A stretch of 32,000 bases of DNA from NCBI GenBank assembly GCA_036845085.1, contig DAIUEN010000001.1:1-32000 (forward strand), written 5' to 3'. The DNA is from Candidatus Nanopusillus sp. (GTDB lineage Archaea > Nanobdellota > Nanobdellia > Nanobdellales > Nanobdellaceae). The position numbers were made by a program, and so were the translations under genes. The notes beneath the pieces were generated by a model. That model saw only the letters and a program-made list of their open reading frames with translations. It did no database searches and was not told the DNA's origin. Each line of letters opens with the position of its first letter. Positions within the stretch are counted from its first letter, which is position 1. Shown here one piece after another: positions 1-8,312 of this stretch.

Positions 1-235
1 AAGTATATATATCCGCTATATAAGTATGGTATAAATGTATTAAAAGCGCTAAAAAATAGCTTTAAAACTAATAATATATAAAGTAAGAAAATATGCTTTT
101 TAGAATTTCTTAATATTGGATAAATTAATAATAAAACTATGGAGCTAGCTGTAATATATGGGGAAAAGTTGCTTATAATTATGGAAGATAAGAATAATGT
201 AATTAATATTATTAGTATCAAAATTTCTCTTGTTT

Positions 236-1699
236 TTACCATGTTCTTAATATTGCTGTTATATATGAGCCTATAGGATAATCTATTGGATAGTAAAAGT
301 AAAAAGTATATACCGTTACTCCTTCTGGTATCTTATAACCCAATTCTATTGGCTTTCCTCCACCTTCTGCTATATATTTGTTTAATTCATGTACTTTTCC
401 CTCTTCAGTAATGCAGAATAATCTTAAAAAAGAAATTCCATTTGGACCTAGATGAGGATCATTATATACATTTGAAACAATTATGTAGTTAGTATCTGGA
501 TCTCTTTCTTCAATGACCCACTTAGTTATATTTATCTCCGCACCGATTACACCATACGGAGAACCACATGGAAACGCTCGTAGGTTTGGATTTATCAATG
601 GACAGGTCTTTCCATCTCCTTTTTCTGGACAATTATTAATACATTTGAATCCAAATAAATATACATAATCTGGTTTTTTATTTTTGTTTAAGTAAGAAAT
701 ATATACCCTAGCAACCTCGTGGCCAAATATATCTATATAAACTTGTTTGCAAAATGATGGTATTTTTACGGTACCTCTATAATATGCTTGTACAACGGGA
801 TTTTTATAGTATTTATCTATGTTAATTAAATCTAAATAAACAGCTAGTAATGTTATATCTGTACCAGTTTTATAATTTGGTGGTCCTGGATAATGAACTA
901 AGTAGTAATTATATCTTACAAATTCTGGTAAATTTGGATCTGACTTTGCGTTTATAGCACCAAAAACATTCCATTCTCCCTTTGGACAGTATATAGATGC
1001 TTCAGTAAAGTTAGAATTTGGTAATAATCTGCTTAATGGAATACATCTACCAGATTGTACTGCTTGAATTGTGTCGCCAGTACCTGCTAATAATTGTGTT
1101 ATTCCCCAAGAAGCTATAGAACCATATTGGTAAAAAGGAGCTGTAGCATTAATCCATCCAGCTCCTATCAAATTTTGAGCTACATAATAATTTTTTACAA
1201 ACATGTAATTATAATCAAATTCATACCAGTTCTTTCCATTTTCATCTTTTGGTGGATCAAATCTTCCAGGATCCCATGCTTCGGCTTTTGGACCTTCTAT
1301 GGGTTCTCCTATAACTAAAAACATTTGAACATTCCATCCTGTCAATGGAGGAACTACAAATATTGTTAAATTCCACCTATCTCCATATATTTTATTAAAA
1401 TATTTAGTAACTTCTTCTTTTATATTGACACATCTCTCAGAATTTATACAATATGTTTCATTATTAGAAGTAGAGTAATATGCTATTAAAAATCCTAAAG
1501 ACTTATTTACTGGCGCTATATCTACATATGGTAATAATAAAACAGAATTTTGTAATGTTTTAGAGAATTGACTATATTTTATACTTTCCTCTATATTTTT
1601 TCTATTAGAATTTCCAGATAATATTATATATAACATTAAAGCAGATAATATTGCTCCAACTATTATTGTTAATAATAAATAGTTAATTTGATTCTTCAT
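236..1699 (-). CDS. Hypothetical N-terminally membrane-anchored surface protein (487 aa); last gene of the surface operon
   Basis: Long ORF whose start overlaps the upstream gene's stop by 4 nt. The N-terminus MKNQINYLLLTIIVGAILSALMLYIIL is a single hydrophobic helix. The rest is Tyr/Asn/Pro/Cys-rich with many N-x-S/T sequons. I recognise no family. Confidence 0.6.
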   Translation of the reverse strand: MKNQINYLLLTIIVGAILSALMLYIILSGNSNRKNIEESIKYSQFSKTLQNSVLLLPYVDIAPVNKSLGFLIAYYSTSNNETYCINSERCVNIKEEVTKYFNKIYGDRWNLTIFVVPPLTGWNVQMFLVIGEPIEGPKAEAWDPGRFDPPKDENGKNWYEFDYNYMFVKNYYVAQNLIGAGWINATAPFYQYGSIASWGITQLLAGTGDTIQAVQSGRCIPLSRLLPNSNFTEASIYCPKGEWNVFGAINAKSDPNLPEFVRYNYYLVHYPGPPNYKTGTDITLLAVYLDLINIDKYYKNPVVQAYYRGTVKIPSFCKQVYIDIFGHEVARVYISYLNKNKKPDYVYLFGFKCINNCPEKGDGKTCPLINPNLRAFPCGSPYGVIGAEINITKWVIEERDPDTNYIIVSNVYNDPHLGPNGISFLRLFCITEEGKVHELNKYIAEGGGKPIELGYKIPEGVTVYTFYFYYPIDYPIGSYITAILRTW

Positions 1700-2538
1700 T
1701 TTTTCTTAACTATATATATAATCAACAATATAGAGCCTATTAAAAATGTTATCAAACCTATTATTATTCCAGTAAGGTCTCTATTGGCCTCTTGTTTTAA
1801 TCTAGTAATATTTGAAGTATAATTATACATTATTTGACTTATTTCATTATCTTCTTTCTTTTCCAAACATACGAATCTTCCATTACATTCTATATTTACT
1901 TTTCCTGAAGGACAAAATTTTTCTATAAATATATTATACAGATAAGTTAAATTATATTGTTTTGGATTGATATACCATAAAGTTCCTAATTCTTCTGGAT
2001 TTTTTATATCTTCTATAGATATATTTCTATAACATCCTGCCATACTTCTCCAATAATATATATCGTTTGGAGGATTTATTATGTATGGGGGATCAAAACA
2101 TGGATAGTTATAATTTGAACATCCTTGGTATAACCATGGTTCATTTTGGCATTCTAGCAAATTAGAACAAGTTTTATTTTCAAGAAATAAATCTTGTAAA
2201 AGTTCTATTGGCAATAAATAGTCTACCAAAACTTGAGTACCATTTGGAAATACACAATGTAATTCTGGATAATCTGCTACATATTCTATTTTTGGTGATA
2301 AATTTAGTTTATTGCATAAAGAATATTCTAAACCTTCTAATCCTCTATAAAATTTTTCAGCATCAAAATATATACCATTAATTATACAGTAAGTAGAACC
2401 ATTATCTGCTAAATAAAATTTTCCACCAACATATTCACAATATACTGCTATAGGGTTTCTCAGAGAAAATGTATTATTAACAAGTATTAAAAGTATGACA
2501 AGAAAAGTCATTAACTTTAAAAGAAGATTGTATTTCAT
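1696..2538 (-). CDS. Cys-rich surface protein with an N-terminal signal, a DUF333-like domain and a C-terminal TM anchor ending in KKK
   Basis: RNPIAVYCEYVGGKFYLADNGSTYCIINGIYFDAEKFYRG resembles the DUF333 pattern NPAsvYC...GGk...G...C...G...eW.FfrG. I count 12 Cys. The C-terminus is LTGIIIGLITFLIGSILLIIYIVKKK. Confidence 0.6.
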   Translation of the reverse strand: MKYNLLLKLMTFLVILLILVNNTFSLRNPIAVYCEYVGGKFYLADNGSTYCIINGIYFDAEKFYRGLEGLEYSLCNKLNLSPKIEYVADYPELHCVFPNGTQVLVDYLLPIELLQDLFLENKTCSNLLECQNEPWLYQGCSNYNYPCFDPPYIINPPNDIYYWRSMAGCYRNISIEDIKNPEELGTLWYINPKQYNLTYLYNIFIEKFCPSGKVNIECNGRFVCLEKKEDNEISQIMYNYTSNITRLKQEANRDLTGIIIGLITFLIGSILLIIYIVKKK

Positions 2539-2547
2539 TGATAAATT

Positions 2548-3858
2548 TTATATAGTAACATTTTTAAGTCCAACCATTGCCCATCCAAAACCAAATACCT
2601 TCGCAGATACCGGAAATGTACATCCAAATGGGGTCTTTTTTATGTCACAATATGGTACATACATGAAGCCATCTCTATGTATATAACCATAAGCCCTCCC
2701 ATTTATTGATCCCCAAGAATTTTGTATAATCCAACATTCAGAAACACCATAAGCCTGTCTACATATTTCAGAGTTATCATCAAATCCTACCAAAAGTACC
2801 GCATGTCCTCCACAATCATAACCAAAATAGCTAATTAAACAACCAGAAATAGCTATAGGACCATAGCATAATAAATATTTTTTTATAGTTTCCGTGTCTT
2901 TTTCATCTGTAGAAAATGCTATGATATCTGCAGATTTTATTTTATATTTTAAATTGAATTTCGAAGGATCTTCACATACAGCTCCACAGACATTTGCATT
3001 ATAAGCTCTTGGAGCTCCACTACTGGAAGGACAATTTCCTAGTCTATATGGATTTTCATCTTCTGAAGATACGCCATATCTGTTCATATAACTTATGAAA
3101 GAGTCTACAGGATATCCACCGTCACATCCAAAACTTCTACATGATCCATATGGAGAACCATAATTGCAGCAAACTGTAATTTCTTGTCTAGATATCCTTA
3201 AGTTCATATTAGGTTTGTCATTTCTTATCATATATACAGAAGCAACTAAGTTTGCTGCAGCATTGGCCCAACAATTTCCACATATCCCTTGATTTTGAAC
3301 TGGTGGTAAATAATTTTTTCCATTTACATTACCCCAAAAAAATCTTTTTTGTCCATTGTATTCAAATAAACATCCTTCTTTATTCATTTGATTATTGTTA
3401 TTATTTTCGTTATTATTTTCATTGTTACTTTCTTTTTCTTCTGTACTTTCGTTTCCAATTATATTAAATATGTCTACTAGTGGTTGGGGTGTAGAAACGT
3501 TAATTATTATGTAAGGTGGATTTATATAAAAGTTTATTTCTTTTCCTTCTTTATTAATTAAGGAAACATTTTCTGGCAATATAATTGAGAAATTTTTACC
3601 ATAATACTCAAAAATTAGACTATTATTTTCTTTATATACTAATACACCTTCTGGAATATTTAATAATATAATATAGTTGTACGGAAAGGAATACATTGCA
3701 TATACCAAATCTTGTAAGTTGTTTAAATAATTTTGAAATAAAATATATTCTTGTTGTTTTTTTGTATTATAACTATATGAAAAATATATCATTAAAGCCA
3801 ATCCAACAATTAATAATAATATACCAACGTTTAATATATTTAATTGAGATCTATTCAT
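2548..3858 (-). CDS. Membrane-anchored papain-like cysteine protease (peptidase family C1) with an N-terminal TM helix, an unknown domain and an Asn-rich linker
   Basis: Papain motifs are intact: VQNQGICGNCWANAA (Gln190, Cys196), GCDGGYP, CGGHAVLLVGFD (His352) and IIQNSWG (Asn380). The N-terminal anchor is NILNVGILLLIVGLALMIYF and the linker is SNNENNNENNNNN. Confidence 0.85.
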   Translation of the reverse strand: MNRSQLNILNVGILLLIVGLALMIYFSYSYNTKKQQEYILFQNYLNNLQDLVYAMYSFPYNYIILLNIPEGVLVYKENNSLIFEYYGKNFSIILPENVSLINKEGKEINFYINPPYIIINVSTPQPLVDIFNIIGNESTEEKESNNENNNENNNNNQMNKEGCLFEYNGQKRFFWGNVNGKNYLPPVQNQGICGNCWANAAANLVASVYMIRNDKPNMNLRISRQEITVCCNYGSPYGSCRSFGCDGGYPVDSFISYMNRYGVSSEDENPYRLGNCPSSSGAPRAYNANVCGAVCEDPSKFNLKYKIKSADIIAFSTDEKDTETIKKYLLCYGPIAISGCLISYFGYDCGGHAVLLVGFDDNSEICRQAYGVSECWIIQNSWGSINGRAYGYIHRDGFMYVPYCDIKKTPFGCTFPVSAKVFGFGWAMVGLKNVTI

Positions 3859-3882
3859 AATGAAAATATAATTAAAAAGTTT

Positions 3883-4341
3883 TTAAGTCTTTATGGGTAA
3901 TAACGTTATTGTCACCGTATCTGGTTTTGTTTTTTCAATCAATAGGTTTAGTATTTGATAATCTTTTCCATAAAAAGCGTAATAATATGTTCCGTTTTTA
4001 TAGTATTTTAATGTTTTATCTTCAGAGTTTATTTCTATTTTACAAGTAGACTTGTATGTATGATTTTTGTTATAATTTCCATAATTTATAGAACATATCA
4101 ATTCATAGTCTCTAGATAAAACAAAATTCAAATATTTATATGCATAAAAGTCATAATATATTTTAGTTTCGTTAATAGAATAGCAAACTCTTTCTATATA
4201 TTTATATAATATTTGACATTGATTTATTTGTTCATATAAATTCTTAGTTTGGGTATTTATATTTAGAAATTTATAATATAGTCCTAAAGATATTGCAAAT
4301 ATGGCAATTCCAATACCTATCCAAAGCCATTTATCCATCAT
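3883..4341 (-). CDS. Small N-terminally anchored hypothetical protein (152 aa); surface operon
   Basis: 4-nt start/stop overlap with the upstream gene. N-terminal helix WLWIGIGIAIFAISLGLYY. No recognisable domain. Confidence 0.5.
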   Translation of the reverse strand: MMDKWLWIGIGIAIFAISLGLYYKFLNINTQTKNLYEQINQCQILYKYIERVCYSINETKIYYDFYAYKYLNFVLSRDYELICSINYGNYNKNHTYKSTCKIEINSEDKTLKYYKNGTYYYAFYGKDYQILNLLIEKTKPDTVTITLLPIKT

Positions 4342-4745
4342 TGTAATTCTAATTCAATATATTGACCATTATATTTGATTATAACAAAACTTTCATCTTT
4401 TATTGTAAATGTACATCTTTTCATTACTACATCTGGATTATAGCTTTTTACAAGGTCTAACAATTCATCGCAGTTTATATCTTCTCCTTTATATTGTACA
4501 ACATAACAAGTACCAATCTTTTTTTGATTATAGCATGAAATAATATTTAGGGCTAATGTATTTGGATTATCTACATTTCTTTGTACATTTACATCGGCAG
4601 TATTATTTTTATTAAACATTGTGTCTATATAACTAGAAGCATTTGTTTTAAATTTTACTATTAAACCGATTAGCGTTGCTGTTACAATTAGTCCCATAAT
4701 TATTAAAAAAGTATATTTTATAGGATCTTGACTTTTCATTGCCAT
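4338..4745 (-). CDS. Small N-terminally anchored hypothetical protein (135 aa); surface operon
   Basis: Overlaps both neighbours. N-terminal helix YTFLIIMGLIVTATLIGLIV. Confidence 0.5.
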   Translation of the reverse strand: MAMKSQDPIKYTFLIIMGLIVTATLIGLIVKFKTNASSYIDTMFNKNNTADVNVQRNVDNPNTLALNIISCYNQKKIGTCYVVQYKGEDINCDELLDLVKSYNPDVVMKRCTFTIKDESFVIIKYNGQYIELELQ

Positions 4746-5221
4746 AATATTATTTTACTTTCATTGTATATTATAAATATACTTCTCATTGGATAAAATT
4801 CATTGCTATTATTTGAGGAATAAAAGTCTAATCTATCAGGATTAAATTGAGAATACTTATTTACATATTCTTTTATTTCGTTAAAGTTTATTATTGTATC
4901 ACTATTGCTTATATAAAAGTCATAACACAATGAAAATAATAAATCTGAACCGTAATATTTGTTATAGCAACTAACAATTAAACCAGTTATAATCTTTAGT
5001 ATTTCATCTTTATTGGAGGAATTTATTTTTATTTTTTCTGTATTTGGATAATAATCTTTACATTCTGGAGAAAATGCTTTTTGGGTGGCTAGCTGACTAC
5101 AATAATAGTTTTGAGATTTACTTAAGAATAAAGTATAAATCATATATATTAATGTTGCAATTGAAAATAATGCTATTATTAGTATAAATATTTGATCAAT
5201 AGTTAAATCACTTCTTTTCAT
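4736..5221 (-). CDS. Small pilin-like N-terminally anchored hypothetical protein (161 aa); surface operon
   Basis: N-terminus MKRSDLTIDQIFILIIALFSIATLIYMIY is a short basic leader followed by a hydrophobic helix. It resembles the N-terminus of the first operon gene. 4-nt overlap with the upstream gene. Confidence 0.5.
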   Translation of the reverse strand: MKRSDLTIDQIFILIIALFSIATLIYMIYTLFLSKSQNYYCSQLATQKAFSPECKDYYPNTEKIKINSSNKDEILKIITGLIVSCYNKYYGSDLLFSLCYDFYISNSDTIINFNEIKEYVNKYSQFNPDRLDFYSSNNSNEFYPMRSIFIIYNESKIILWQ

Positions 5222-5502
5222 TTGTAAGTAATATTACCTTGATATATATAAATTATTCTGTATCCTTCTGGTATTTCAATTCCATTTATAGTACAATTAC
5301 CCCTAAGATAACCTTTTTTTTGAACGACTCTATAATAACTTTCATTATAATATCTATATATATCAATACAAGTTATAATAGATTCTTCTTTTTCTTCTGT
5401 TAAATTCTTAATTTTACTCAGATAATAGAAAGAAAATATAGCTCCTATTAATATTAATATAAAGGATAAAGTGATCCAGTAATAGTTATATTGATTTTTC
5501 AT
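5218..5502 (-). CDS. Small N-terminally anchored hypothetical protein (94 aa); surface operon
   Basis: N-terminus MKNQYNYYWITLSFILILIGAIFSFYYL shares the MKNQxNY start with the 487-aa protein. 4-nt overlaps on both sides. Confidence 0.45.
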   Translation of the reverse strand: MKNQYNYYWITLSFILILIGAIFSFYYLSKIKNLTEEKEESIITCIDIYRYYNESYYRVVQKKGYLRGNCTINGIEIPEGYRIIYIYQGNITYK

Positions 5503-7469
5503 ATTTGGAAAGACGTTGGTATATATGGGCCAAATATTGTATTTACGGCTATTAAACCAAGAGTGGAAAATATTACATAGAATATTGTACCAACTATTAA
5601 GTTTCTTCCTATATAATAATATATCATTGTTTCATCGAATCCGTATTTAATACCTGCTGTGAAAAAAGAGGTTATTATTACAAATTCTATGAAAAATATA
5701 CCAATTATTGCTTGGAAATATGATGGGGGAATTAAATTAGCTAAATTAAATGTTGAAATTATTAATTGAGATAAATCTGCAGCCCCCGATAGACCAAAAG
5801 CTGCGCTAATGGTCTGGAAAAAATACGCTATTGCAAATAGCATAGATATTATTGCACTATTAAATATTGTTACTAAAGAAGACATAAATGGTACTATACT
5901 TTTTGATACATTATCTAATAACCCTATAACTTCATCTAACATTCTTCTTACCTGAATTCTTATATCTACAACTTGCTCTAAATTCTTAGATACGTTATAA
6001 CATATTTGAGATAAAACTTTAGGTCCTTTATTTGTGGAATATATAATTAGCTGTAATGTTTCATAAATAATTTTGGAAGGATAATAATTAATAGATCCAT
6101 AATTTTTGTCGAATATTGATTGTATTAGATTTAATCCTTTCCTTAAATTAAATATTGTGAGCTTTAAAAAATTTTCTAATATTCCTGAAAGTTTTATAAT
6201 CTTATAATTTTGATATGTTTTTTCTAATACTATTTCCATTGGATATCCATCTTCTAATAATGATGCAAACTCGTATACTATAACAGGGAATTCAAATTCC
6301 ATTTCTTCTATTTCATTAGCTCTTTTAACCTTTTGGAAGGAATTTAAATAAAAATAAGATCCTATAGATAATCCAATACCTAATGGTAGAGTTAGCATTA
6401 TTAATGCATTTATTACAGATCTATCTTGAAAAATAAAGTTAAGATAAGTGGATAGAGCTCCTTCTGGAATATAAAGTAATTTTATTGATATTTGTGCTAA
6501 ATGATATATTGCAGGAATTGATAATGTAGCAAATAATATTATGAAAGGAAAGATTGATACTTCTTTATTTCCAATTTTAACTCTATTCTTTTTTGGTAAG
6601 TCTTTAGCTAATGAGAGATCTGGAGTTGAAAATGCGAATGGATTTTGAGATAATAAATTTTGTATAACTAAAAAAGTTAATATTGGTAAGATAATTATAT
6701 ATCCAAATGCTATAAAGTAAAAACTAACATTATTTAAAAGGAATACCGACATTATTGGTAGCATAAGTATACTAACAATTGGCAAAACAATTAAAAAAGA
6801 AGTTATAGCAACAGCAGGCTGTTTTAGTTTTTCTACATATTCATACGATTTTTGGTAAGCTTTTTTTAGTATCCAAGATAATAATCTATCTAATAGCGCA
6901 TTTATTTCTTCCTCAGTTCTTCTATATTTTATATTTAATAAGTGAGACATTATATATACAAAATCTGGTGATAAATAGAACCATCTTATTGCATAATATT
7001 CTAAAGCTTCTTCTAATATTCTAAATCTTTTGTTTTCTAAATCATATAATAATTTTTTAAAATCTGTTGCTATGATACCTTTCATATAATATGCTACGTA
7101 TTGTATTGCTTTTTCTAAATTTGGATTTCTCTTTAAATATAAAACTAAGTATAAAGTAACCCACACAGATTCTGAAGTTGCAGCAATTTTTACTATTTTT
7201 GTATAAAATATGGGAAAATATGCTAAATAAAAATCTATGATTAATAATGCAATTAGTAAAGAAAAAGCAAATTGAAAAGAAATAAGTGATAATATAAAAT
7301 ATAATATAAAAGATAATATTAATAGAAATAAAACTGATGAAAAAATATTTGTAGAAGTAGTTTCTAGTTTATTTAACCATAAATTAAAATTATAAATTTT
7401 TTTAAGTTTTCCGGGAGGGTCTATTTTAAATAAAGAAAAAGTATTATAAAAAAATTCAAAAAAATTCAT
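5499..7469 (-). CDS. Polytopic membrane protein, FlaJ/TadC/PilC-like (putative type IV filament platform protein)
   Basis: 656 aa with about 9 predicted TM helices. Two large soluble helical segments (roughly aa 91-215 and 376-530) sit between TM bundles, the architecture of archaeal FlaJ/TadC (two T2SSF-type repeats). The assignment rests on architecture and loose motif resemblance only. Confidence 0.5.
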   Translation of the reverse strand: MNFFEFFYNTFSLFKIDPPGKLKKIYNFNLWLNKLETTSTNIFSSVLFLLILSFILYFILSLISFQFAFSLLIALLIIDFYLAYFPIFYTKIVKIAATSESVWVTLYLVLYLKRNPNLEKAIQYVAYYMKGIIATDFKKLLYDLENKRFRILEEALEYYAIRWFYLSPDFVYIMSHLLNIKYRRTEEEINALLDRLLSWILKKAYQKSYEYVEKLKQPAVAITSFLIVLPIVSILMLPIMSVFLLNNVSFYFIAFGYIIILPILTFLVIQNLLSQNPFAFSTPDLSLAKDLPKKNRVKIGNKEVSIFPFIILFATLSIPAIYHLAQISIKLLYIPEGALSTYLNFIFQDRSVINALIMLTLPLGIGLSIGSYFYLNSFQKVKRANEIEEMEFEFPVIVYEFASLLEDGYPMEIVLEKTYQNYKIIKLSGILENFLKLTIFNLRKGLNLIQSIFDKNYGSINYYPSKIIYETLQLIIYSTNKGPKVLSQICYNVSKNLEQVVDIRIQVRRMLDEVIGLLDNVSKSIVPFMSSLVTIFNSAIISMLFAIAYFFQTISAAFGLSGAADLSQLIISTFNLANLIPPSYFQAIIGIFFIEFVIITSFFTAGIKYGFDETMIYYYIGRNLIVGTIFYVIFSTLGLIAVNTIFGPYIPTSFQI

Positions 7470-7478
7470 TATCTAAAT

Positions 7479-8258
7479 TTACGAAGTTCTTTTTGCACCA
7501 CCAGAATAAGAATTTAATATATGTTCTGGAATATGAGTTAATACATCACATAGAGGCAGAATATTTACATCCCCAGTAAATCCTAATTCTTTACATTCTC
7601 CACTTGCTTCTACATTTAGACTTCTTGTTTCGTCATCTATGACTATATTGAATTCTACTCCGTCACATTTTGTTGTACTATAATAGTTTAGTACGTTCTT
7701 AATTGCTTTAAATATTTGATTTTCTATCCAAGTAGGTATTCTACCACCACATGATCTTTGAGGTCCAGGATTTAATATTTTTGAAGGATTTGAGAATGAA
7801 ATAGATATAGAATTTTCTCCAAATTCTATATTAGAATATTGACCAAATACTTCTTTTGTAGCTTTATCTGGATCAAAATTTAAATCAAATATATAGTATT
7901 TACACATTATTTGCATACAGTAAACTGGAGTCAAAGAATATCCTTTATAAGAACAGGCTGTATCTCTTCCATATTGTTGCATTACAACAGAACATGGTAC
8001 AGAATCTGCACAAACGTAATAACCACTTGTTAGCTCTGTAAATCCTCTTCCAATTGCTACATATCTTTGACAAAATTCTACTGGACTGTTACATACTTCA
8101 GAACATGTAGAAACAGCTTGTTGTATTTCTGTATTAGCTATAGTACCTACTTTTGAGGCTTGCTGTGAAAACATTCTTAATGCAATTACTACTATTACTA
8201 ACATTACAATTATTATAAATACTAATTGTATAGCCATGTCTAATGCTCTTTTCCTCAT
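7479..8258 (-). CDS. Cys-rich secreted/anchored protein with a pilin-like N-terminus (259 aa); first gene of the operon
   Basis: N-terminus MRKRALDMAIQLVFIIIVMLVIVVIAL has a basic leader, a small residue and then a hydrophobic helix, like a class III signal peptide. I count 12 Cys in the extracellular part. A TATA-like element lies upstream. Confidence 0.55.
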   Translation of the reverse strand: MRKRALDMAIQLVFIIIVMLVIVVIALRMFSQQASKVGTIANTEIQQAVSTCSEVCNSPVEFCQRYVAIGRGFTELTSGYYVCADSVPCSVVMQQYGRDTACSYKGYSLTPVYCMQIMCKYYIFDLNFDPDKATKEVFGQYSNIEFGENSISISFSNPSKILNPGPQRSCGGRIPTWIENQIFKAIKNVLNYYSTTKCDGVEFNIVIDDETRSLNVEASGECKELGFTGDVNILPLCDVLTHIPEHILNSYSGGAKRTS

Positions 8259-8281
8259 AACAATACTAGAGGTTTCGAATC

Positions 8282-8299
8282 TTATAAACTTTATATATT
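8282..8299 (-). promoter_or_regulatory. TATA-like promoter element for the surface operon
   Basis: The minus strand reads AATATATAAAGTTTATAAG. The TTTATAAG centre lies about 27 nt upstream of the ATG at 8258, consistent with a leaderless or near-leaderless archaeal transcript. Confidence 0.35.
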
Positions 8300-8312
8300 G
8301 TGAATTTATAAA

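Noticed and set aside
1-235. A possible 3' end of a + strand gene (frame 1 open to the TAA at 79-81, ...KYGINVLKALKNSFKTNNI) and a 37-codon ORF from the ATG at 139
   Set aside because: The fragments are too short to assess. No motif is recognisable and the region may simply be AT-rich intergenic or terminator sequence downstream of the operon.
3391-3429. AT-rich tandem-looking DNA (attattgttattattttcgttattattttcattgtt) as a microsatellite or regulatory repeat
   Set aside because: It is in frame within the protease CDS and encodes the Asn/Glu-rich linker SNNENNNENNNNN, so it is coding low complexity rather than a separate element.
1094-3467. Short + strand ORFs (1094-1318, 2495-2686, 3252-3467) within the surface operon, plus 8670-8945 and 9811-10032 elsewhere
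   Set aside because: All are embedded antisense in longer ORFs that have coherent TM, domain or motif structure. Their translations are Ile/Phe/Tyr-rich low-complexity strings.
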